Below, in pieces: positions 38,091 through 45,868 of a stretch of 45,868 bases of DNA. The position numbers and the translations under genes are program-made. Source of the DNA: Octopus sinensis. Its lineage: Eukaryota. The notes under the pieces were generated by a model, which had not been told where the DNA came from, did not search any database, and saw only the letters and a list, made by a program, of their open reading frames with translations. The stretch covers positions 1-45,868 of the forward strand of contig NW_021834682.1 of NCBI RefSeq assembly GCF_006345805.1. Reading direction: 5' to 3'. The number at the start of each line of letters is the position of its first letter. Position 1 is the first letter of the stretch.

Positions 38091-38409
38091 TACATCGACC
38101 CCAGTACTCAACTGGTACTTATTTCATCGTTCCCGAATCGGACGGTAAAATGTAAAGTAAACATCAGGGAAATGTGAATTCAGAAGGTGAAGTCGAAAGA
38201 AATATTACTGAGCAATTTTGTCCGGTGCCCTCTCGATTCTACTTGGTTACCGCCTTACAACAACAACAACAACAACAACTGCAAAAATAATAACGCTTTC
38301 AAATTTCGATAAAAAGGCCAGTAATTTCAGGAAGTTGTTAAGTCGATTACATCGAGAATAATGATGGTGATGATGATAATCTCTTTATCAATCACAAATA
38401 GTTGGCAAA

Positions 38410-40440
38410 ATCAACTAATTTGCTGAAAGGCAGCATTTTCTGCTCCCATCTTCCATGTTTAAGTGACAATGAAAAACTTGATATCGTCTTGGCCAAAAGC
38501 GAATCTCGTCCACCACATATTCTCTTCCACTAGAATTAGCAGGTAGATTCAAACATCCCATCTTTTCCGGTCCAAGGTAAGGCATAATGATGATATTCAC
38601 AATGAATTCAGATGATTACATGATCCACTTATTGTGACAGTAAGCCATGACTCCCACATAACTCCACGTATGAGCAATGCTCAGGGCTCGACGAGTGCAT
38701 CTAGAGCAGTTCCCGCGCATCTCGAACAGAACAGCTGATATCGGGTTTGAGAGTTTATCTCAAATTGGCAAATCATCCCCAGTCCTTCGGGACCACCGCC
38801 AAGTCATGGATTACTTGAAACTATACATTGCTCCCGGCCCGTAATTTCTTCGACCAGCAAATTATTTCTCCATCACAAATCTTTCCTAGAGCAGCAACGT
38901 GCAACTTCCATCTAACGTATTGCTCGACATGTAGAGGGTGTTGAGCACCTGATGATATTCCAGATGCCCATTGTTTTCGCTCGATTTTCGCTTGACGTAG
39001 AACTGCACTTTTGTCAATAAACAAAGTGTAGAACATAGTGACCACACCTGTTCAAAATAAAAAAAATTGTTGATCACGTAGCCTCAGTGTTGGCCACCGT
39101 ATAATTCTACATGACATGCCCTCTTCACTATATACTATGTGCAAATAGCAAATGGATCATTTGTCCACTGGAAAACATTCCCTCCACAAAAAGCGGAAGA
39201 ACAGTTATTTCACTCTTGTGAAACGTGAACTGATGCATGGCAAAATGTTCAGGCACGCTGCCCGACCTTTTAGAGATGGTTTCCTCTAAATTATTTTATT
39301 CAAGGGGTAATTGGCCTCCCTGCTCGCTACGTTGCCCATCTTTTTCTACCTAGAAATATGGACCAAACAAGACTATTGGCAATGTAAATGTTCCTCTTCA
39401 GGTCCATGAGTTGCACCCAAGCATTTTTTCCTGGTTTATTCCTGCTCTTGTCACAGCACCAAAGACACTGACAAAGGTGCTGATCACTTCGATGTGCCTG
39501 ATGGCTGGCTCTACATCTGTAACGTAGTCCACATTTTACCTGCGCTGATCTTCTCCATCCTAGTTTCCGTGTAATTTAGTAGTGTCGCAAAATTCCATAG
39601 TAATACAAATAAGGCAAGAAAAAACAACCTTGACAGACCGTGGGTTCGATATTGAATGGTTACAATAGGTGTCCATTCATCCTAACAAATGTCGCTGTAT
39701 GGTTTGGGGAACCAACCACAGAAGACGGAGCCGAAACCAGTTGCTTTGAGGACAGCTGTCAAGTATTGGTGATAGTTCCTATCGAAAATTTTGATTAATT
39801 TAAGTTCATCAGGGCAGCACCAGTGCAAGATACCTTAGGCACTTTATACACGATGTATCACATGAGGTGGTGCTTACTGTGGAGAAATCTGTTAAGAATG
39901 ACGCATGTCTACACATGACCAATCAGACTACCGACGACAAGCGCCAAACTCTTCGCTAACACCTCAGCCAAAATCTTTTATTTTAGTTTCATGTGTGGTC
40001 TGCAAAAGTAACCAACAACAATTCTGTCCATACTGCAAGCTAGATCCATAACGTCCTAGTCCATATCTATTTTGAATTCACATTTAAACATGATAAACTA
40101 TAATTTAAACAAAACTAGGGGACTGCTGCATAAGGGATGACTTCTGACTACATCGCAACAAATTTTCCAGAAGTTACCATAGTTCTACTTTATCAATGCT
40201 GATTTGTGGCTAAGCAATGACTTTTAGAAAACTTCTATTCAGATTAGAAGTTCTCACCCACCATCCAGATATTGGAAGGAGAAATATGTGAGATCCACTG
40301 AAAAGAACAGGAAATTTTCATTCTTGTTCATTGAAGATTTTAGAGATAACCAAAGTTGCAGCTCGATCAATTTTATTAAAAGAAAGTATTGGAAAGTTTT
40401 ACTTTGGATTCAACGAAGAATTATTCCTTTCCCTCGTGGT
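38410..40440 (-). mobile_element. Decayed L1/Tx1-clade LINE (RT to C-terminal Cys region)
   Basis: Minus strand KILAEVLAKSLALVVGSLIG...HLM*YI...GAALMNLN*SK / FDR..HQYLTAVLKATGFGSVFCGW; later LPI*DKL..CSRC. Confidence 0.78.
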
Positions 40441-40801
40441 GTATCAACAATTAGTCGCAGACCCCAGTGTTGAGGGACCACGGTTTGTTGACATGTAAGT
40501 GTAAAAGTATTTCATTTGTTTTTCGTTTGTTTGTTTCTTTCCACGTCTCGAATATGTAGCGGTCTTTGAAAGACATAAATTTAAAGGTTCACACAATCAG
40601 TTTGTTTGGGTATAAATGATTGGTAAGGAATACTAAAAGTTGTCCGTCCACAGTCTCGGACCTGAATGTCTTCTGAACACTCTTGTTAATGTGACTTCAT
40701 TGATGCTCAGGGTAAACCCGGGACTTTGTTGCTCATGTGTCTTCGTAAGAATGTCAACCAGGAAGAATATTTTCTCCACTGTGCAGTGTTTTCGGTTGAA
40801 A

Positions 40802-41773
40802 ATTAATTTTACGTATTTTTGTATTCTTATTCGTTCCCGTCCTTGTTTTGTATACATTCGAGGCTTTCTTCCAAGGAATCTAATGGGCTTGGCTTAGATT
40901 TTCCTTTGGGGCTGGCCAGGTCGGAGCAATCTCAAGATTAATCAGCCGAAATTGCGAAGATGATCCGATTCTTGACTGAAGATCGATGGCTTCGAATGTC
41001 CCGTCCGTTTTTTTGTATCGTCTTCTAAATGTTTTCCCTTCTTGTCCTAGTTTGTGTTTTTTTACATTTACCTATTATATGGCGACGCCCGTAACCCCTT
41101 TTGATATTGTATGTAAAATACATTTTCTCTCTAATACATGGTACGACTCTATAACACTGTCTCTCTCTCTCTCTCTCCCCCTCTCCTACATTTCTCTGCC
41201 TTTCACACTTTGCACTCCACTTTGACCCTTCTCTTTCTCTCTTCCTCTGTCCCGCTTTTCTCCCCTCTCTTCTCACACGTGAATAACTTTGGACTGCTGT
41301 CCTGCCTTTTTGTGATCAACTGCCGTATAAGCTAGACAATTTTTTTTCTCTCTTCGTCTTCAGGCATTTTTTCAATGCGCCAGCTCAAGTTCACCCGTCC
41401 TGTCGAAAAGACGCCTGTCTGTAACGTCCTGGTTTTGTTATTATTATTATCATTATTGTTTTTACGTATTTTCGTATTCTTATTCGTGTTATCATTATTA
41501 ATTTTACGTATTTTTGTATTCTTATTCGTTCCCGTCCTTGTTTTGTATACATTCGAGGCTTTCTTCCAAGGAATCTAATGCGCTTGGTTTAGATTTTCCT
41601 TTGGGGCTGGCCAGGTCGGAGCAATCTCAAGATTAATCAGCCGAAATTGCGAAGATGATCCGGTTCTTGACTGAAGATCGAAGGCTTCGAATGTCCCGTC
41701 CGTTTTTTTTTTGTATCATCTTCTAAATGTTTTGCGTTCTTGTCCCAGTTTGTGTTTTTTTATATTTACCTAT
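40802..41773 (+). mobile_element. Non-coding element with ~275-bp highly similar direct repeats
   Basis: 40802-41074 ~ 41497-41773 (ttcgaggctttcttccaaggaatctaatg...gactgaagatcga.ggcttcgaatgtcccgtcc); ends in (TA)n. Confidence 0.8.
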
Positions 41774-41805
41774 ATATATATATTATATTTATTTATATTT
41801 ATATT

Positions 41806-41841
<36 letters not shown>

Positions 41842-42004
41842 ATAATATATATATATATATTTATATTTATATATATACACATACACGTGTGTATATATAT
41901 ATATATATATAAAATATTATTAGAGACAAAACCACTATTTTGCAAAACAAACAAGGAAAGACTTAATCAATACATAAAATTTTAATAAATAGTCAAAAAA
42001 ACCG

Positions 42005-42046
42005 CCACTACATCGTTTCTTGTCTTGATCGACAATCTTCAGGTGG
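42005..42046 (-). ncRNA. Minimal type-I hammerhead ribozyme (minus-strand copy)
   Basis: CCAC-CTGAAGA-TTGTC-GATCAA-GACAA-GAAA-C-GAT-G-TA-GTGG; complete core, stem I 4 bp, stem II 5 bp, GUA cleavage triplet. Confidence 0.75.
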
Positions 42047-42100
42047 ACTTCCAATAATTCAGTATCAATTATCATAATTTGATACTGAATTATTGGAAGT

Positions 42101-42143
42101 CCACCTGAAGATTGTCGATCAAGACAAGAAACGATTGTAGTGG
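42101..42143 (+). ncRNA. Minimal type-I hammerhead ribozyme (plus-strand copy)
   Basis: CCAC-CTGAAGA-TTGTC-GATCAA-GACAA-GAAA-CGATTG-TA-GTGG; stem III ACGAUUGU is self-complementary with G.U pairs. Confidence 0.78.
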
Positions 42144-42313
42144 CGGTTTTTTGACTATTTATTAAAATTTTATGTATTGATTAAGTCTTTCCTTGTTTGT
42201 TTTGCAAAATAGTGGTTTTGTCTCTAATAATATTTTATAATATTTTACTATAAAATCGATTTATCCTAAATCTGATTTTTTTCCCTGTAAATTTGGATTT
42301 ATTCCCTAATATT

Positions 42314-42391
<78 letters not shown>

Positions 42392-42409
42392 ATATGTATG
42401 TATGTACCT

Positions 42410-44160
42410 TGCATAAAAGGGAAAGGTTTCATACAGGGTACTTCTGGATCGTCTGCTGAAACACGTTGCAGATTGTGTTCTTCCAGAAAGTCAATTTGGC
42501 TTTCGTGTGGGACGCGGCACTGCTGATGTGATCTTCTCAGCTAGACAGCTTCAGGAGAAGTGTGAGGAACAGTGGCTGGATTTCTATCAGGTTTTTGTTG
42601 ATCTCACAAAAGCCTTCGATACCGTTAATAGAAATGCACAGTGGAAAGTCCTCCAGAAACTTGGTTGTGCTGAAAATTTCCTTGCTCTGGTAAGGTCTTT
42701 TCATGAAAACATGAAGGGAGGGTTAATGCTAGACGTAAAATATCGGAGGCTATCTCAATACAGAATGGAGTGAAACAGGGGGATATTCTGGCACCGACCC
42801 CATTTGCCATATATTTTGCGATGGTTTTCTGTATTGCGTCCAGAAACTGCAGATATGGTGTTGACATCCATTATCGAACTTCTGGCAGCATATTTAATAT
42901 CAGGCGCTTTTCTGCAAAAACAAAGGTATCTACCTCTATCATAAGAGACCTTTTGTATGCAGATGATTGTAATTTAGTAGCGCACACAGAGATTGATATG
43001 CAACACATTTTGAATGCATTTTCTGATACTTGCACTACCTCAGGACAGTCTACCCTGGTAAGCAGTATAGTGAACCAAATATCTATGTATATGGTAAACG
43101 ACTTGGTGCAGTTGATCAGTTAGTCTACCAGGGAAGCACTGTTAATAGATATAGCAATTTGGATAGTGAAATTCCATATAGAACTAGGAAAGCAAGTGAT
43201 GCTTTCGGAAGGCTAGAAAGGCGCCTCTGGAGTCGGTGAGACATGTGCAGAAGACAAAGATAAAGATGAACAAAGCGTGTGTTTTTTCTTCTCTTTTTTA
43301 TGTCTGCGAGACGTTGGTCACATATCGATACCATCTTAAACAACGAACGTTTCCATCAGATGTGTCTTTGATGGATCTATGGCATTAAGTGGGAGGACCG
43401 CATCAGCGATCTTCAGATCTCGGTGTGAAAGTATAGAAGCTCTTGTGTTGAAGAAAAGGCTCAGATGGAGTGGTCATCTGGTCAGGATCAAAGATTCAAG
43501 CATGCCAAAACGACTCTTTTATTGCGAGTTAGCTAAATGAGAACGACCTCCACATAAACCAAAAAAGACTTATAAAGACTTGCTGAAGTCTTCCTTAAGA
43601 GATGCTAGCCTCTCCTCTGACACATGGGAGGGCATAACTATTGACCGTAGCAGGTGGAGAAGGATTGTGCACGAGGGGACAGCTACTTTCGAGAAATCTC
43701 GAGTTGCGCATAAGAAAGTAAGGAGTGATGTCAGGAAGGGCATCGCTGTTGCACTTCCAGATGGTAAGGGTCTTCCTATGATGCTGACATGCAGTGACTG
43801 TGCAAGACCCTGCCTCAGTAAATCTAGACCCAAGAGTCATCTTGGTAGCCATAAAGCGAGATCGATGATTGACGACCAGGCCGCTGCTGGTGGTGCTACA
43901 CACCATATTAATCAGATCTGTCAGGCATGTGGAAAGGAGTGTAATTCCGCGGGAGGACTTAAACGACATGCAAAAGTACATGAAGCCCAGCTACAACTAC
44001 AGCCGGCTATTGCCGGTAAAGGTTTTAGCTGTCAATTCTGTACAAGATATCGTAGATCTTTAGCTGGGCTAAAATGTCACGTTTGATCACAGTACCGTCA
44101 AAAGTTAAGCAATTACCATATTCGATAAAGAGGGGGCAGCCATCATGTATGTATGTATGT
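42410..44160 (+). mobile_element. 5'-truncated RTE-clade (BovB-like) LINE with frameshifted RT and C-terminal C2H2 fingers
   Basis: LPESQFGFR, GTADVIFSARQLQEKCEEQ..FVDLTKAFDTVNR, GVKQGDILAP, LLYADDC, LRWSGHLVR, RSRWR; (TGTA)n tail at ~44146-44160. Confidence 0.92.
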
Positions 44161-44285
44161 ATAACTAAGTGTTATAACTCGTCATACATATGCTTCGGAA
44201 CAAAACGTCAGTTGCGTACAGAGCAGCCATTGATGAAGTAAATAAATGAGGGAATAAGAAAATGAATTATGTCAGCGACCTTATT

Positions 44286-44347
44286 AGCTTACAGCTTTTT
44301 TTTTTCTATAAGATGCACTGGCATCAAATTATAGCTTCATCGGAGCT
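44286..44347 (-). ncRNA. Degenerate hammerhead relic
   Basis: AGCT-CCGATGA-agctataa...ttatag-A(n)-AGCT-GTA-AGCT; stem I AGCT/AGCT and stem II ctataa/ttatag are retained, but the core is mutated (U4->C, GAAAC replaced by an A-run). Confidence 0.4.
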
Positions 44348-44489
44348 CTAAAAGTTATGCGCAATTTTGCTTAGAGAAGCATTTCCACATACCCACACAC
44401 GCACGCACATATAACACACAGAAACACATATACATATTCATTTATATATGCATGTGTGTGTGTGTGGGGGGGGGTACCAAAAGCATACG

Positions 44490-44845
44490 TTAGCAAGTGT
44501 CTTCTGCTATAGCTTCGGGCCGACCAAAGCTTTGTGAGTGGATTTGGTAGAGGGAAACTGAAAGAAGCCCGTCGTATATGTATATATATATATATATATA
44601 TGCGTGTGTGTGTGTGTGTGTGTGTGCGTGCACGCGGCGTGTGTGTGTGTTGTGTATCTGTGTTTGTCCCGCAAACCGATAACCGATGCTGGTGTGTTTA
44701 GGTCCCTGTAACTTAGCAGTTCGGCAAAAGAGACCGATAGAATAAGTACTAGGCTTACAAAGAATAAGTCATGGGGTCGATTTGCTCGACTAAAGGCGGT
44801 GCTCCAGCATGGCCGCAGTCAAATGGCTGAAGCAATTAAAAGAAA
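44490..44845 (+). mobile_element. 5'-truncated tRNA-derived SINE with internal (TA)/(GT) microsatellite
   Basis: gcaagtgtcttctgctatagc..gggccgaccaaagc..tgtgagtggatttggtaga.ggaaactgaaagaagcccgtcgta...ccagcatggccgcagtcaaatg; reverse-complement homolog of 211-370. Confidence 0.85.
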
Positions 44846-45079
44846 ATGAAAGAAAATAAACGAAAAATAGTATATGTAGGTTCAAATGCAAACGTCTACC
44901 TTCCGGGATGAAGTACCTCTCAATAGTCAGAACTCAACATGCAATAATCGGCTGTATCTATTCAATACCAAATAATTTCATCAGTCGTGCTTTCTAGTAA
45001 AGTATATTTGCATCTAATCTCAACATCATGTACATTAACAATATTACAAATGTCGCATATCACAGCACAATAAAACAAA

Positions 45080-45660
45080 AGACCTCACCTGGAATTTGCA
45101 TCACCGGTCTGGAACCCCTATCTTGCCCAGGACATCAATCGTCTGGAAGCTGTTCAGCGACGTGCAACCAAAAGAATACCCTCCATCAGGCATTTGCCAT
45201 ATCCTGAACGCCTTACTTCCCTGGGCATGGACACATTGAAACTCCGACGTCTGGCAGCTGACTTGGCAGACACCCATAAAATTATCAACCATCGCACAAA
45301 CAATAACTCTGAGCACCTCTTCAAACTCCACCCATCTAACACCCGTGGACATATTTACAAAGTAAGAAAACAGCACTGCTCCCATGACTTCAGGAAACAT
45401 TTTTTCACGCTGAGAGTTGCTGAAGCGTGGAACAAACTGCCGGCATCGGTTGTTAGTTGTCGGAGCACTGCATCCTTCAAAACTTCCATGCTTCCTGAGA
45501 TTCGCCAACACTACACTTGATTTTCTCCCCTCCATACACACACAAGCATGTTCACTTTCCAGACATTTCTACATTACTGCATGTACTTTATATGCACTTT
45601 CTGACAAGTTGTGGTGCACCTGAGCACTGTATACAATAATTTCATTATATTATATTATTA
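45080..45660 (+). mobile_element. Well-preserved CR1-clade LINE 3' end
   Basis: RPHLEFASPVWNPYLAQDINRLEAVQRRATKRIP...YPERLTSLGMDTLKLRRLAADL...TRGH..K...FFTLRVAEAWNKLP open to the stop at 45520; (ATT)n tail. Confidence 0.92.
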
Positions 45661-45868
45661 AAAGTGGTTCCTAAAAGATTAAGATTCAGAATGTTATCAA
45701 TGTTGTACTTGACTCGATGAAACTTATGAATTCAGAGTGCGAAACAATAAACAGTTCTGCAAAATGAGGAAATATTTGTATTCATCGAATTAGAAGAGAG
45801 ATTGTACTGAAATAATTAATGTTCTCTTTGGACGATAGAAATTGCCATAGTATCTGGTAACGTCAGAG

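Larger units (their letters stand above)
41908..42239. repeat. Near-perfect ~330-bp palindrome (arms ~165 bp, centre 42073)
   Basis: Arms are reverse complements apart from three 1-nt indels noticed; centre aattat-c-ataatt. Confidence 0.95.

Noticed and set aside
43580-44086. 168-aa zinc-finger ORF as a host C2H2 transcription factor
   Set aside because: Contiguous with the frameshifted RTE RT and followed by the element's (TGTA)n tail.
45084-45100. Minus-strand donor-like gtgag suggesting an upstream host exon
   Set aside because: Falls inside the plus-strand CR1 RPHLEFAS coding motif.

Overview
AT-rich, microsatellite-dense eukaryotic genomic DNA. The SINE/LINE repertoire suggests a coleoid cephalopod (Octopus-like); this is an inference. 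Most ORF-track entries are simple-repeat artefacts or decayed transposon fragments. One host gene is traceable on the minus strand as four phase-1 exons with AG/GT boundaries (36341-36192, 34987-34844, 25540-25394, 14774-14514). They splice in frame into a degenerate F-type-lectin-like domain, a MEGF10/laminin-type EGF module and the N-terminal half of an F-type lectin (FTP) domain. A decayed partial copy of the FTP exon lies at ~12.1 kb; the first and last exons were not found. The non-exonic sequence is filled with relics of Penelope-like elements (PLE), RTE, CR1/L2 and L1-Tx1 LINEs, Tigger, mariner, hAT, Helitron/Helentron, a probable solo LTR and tRNA-derived SINEs. The most notable non-coding signal is a series of minimal type-I hammerhead ribozyme motifs. 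Two with complete cores lie on opposite strands in a near-perfect ~330-bp palindrome (41908-42239), and one with a long stem-II insert ends an extremely AT-rich duplicated block. Transposon boundaries are approximate and nothing here was checked against a database.
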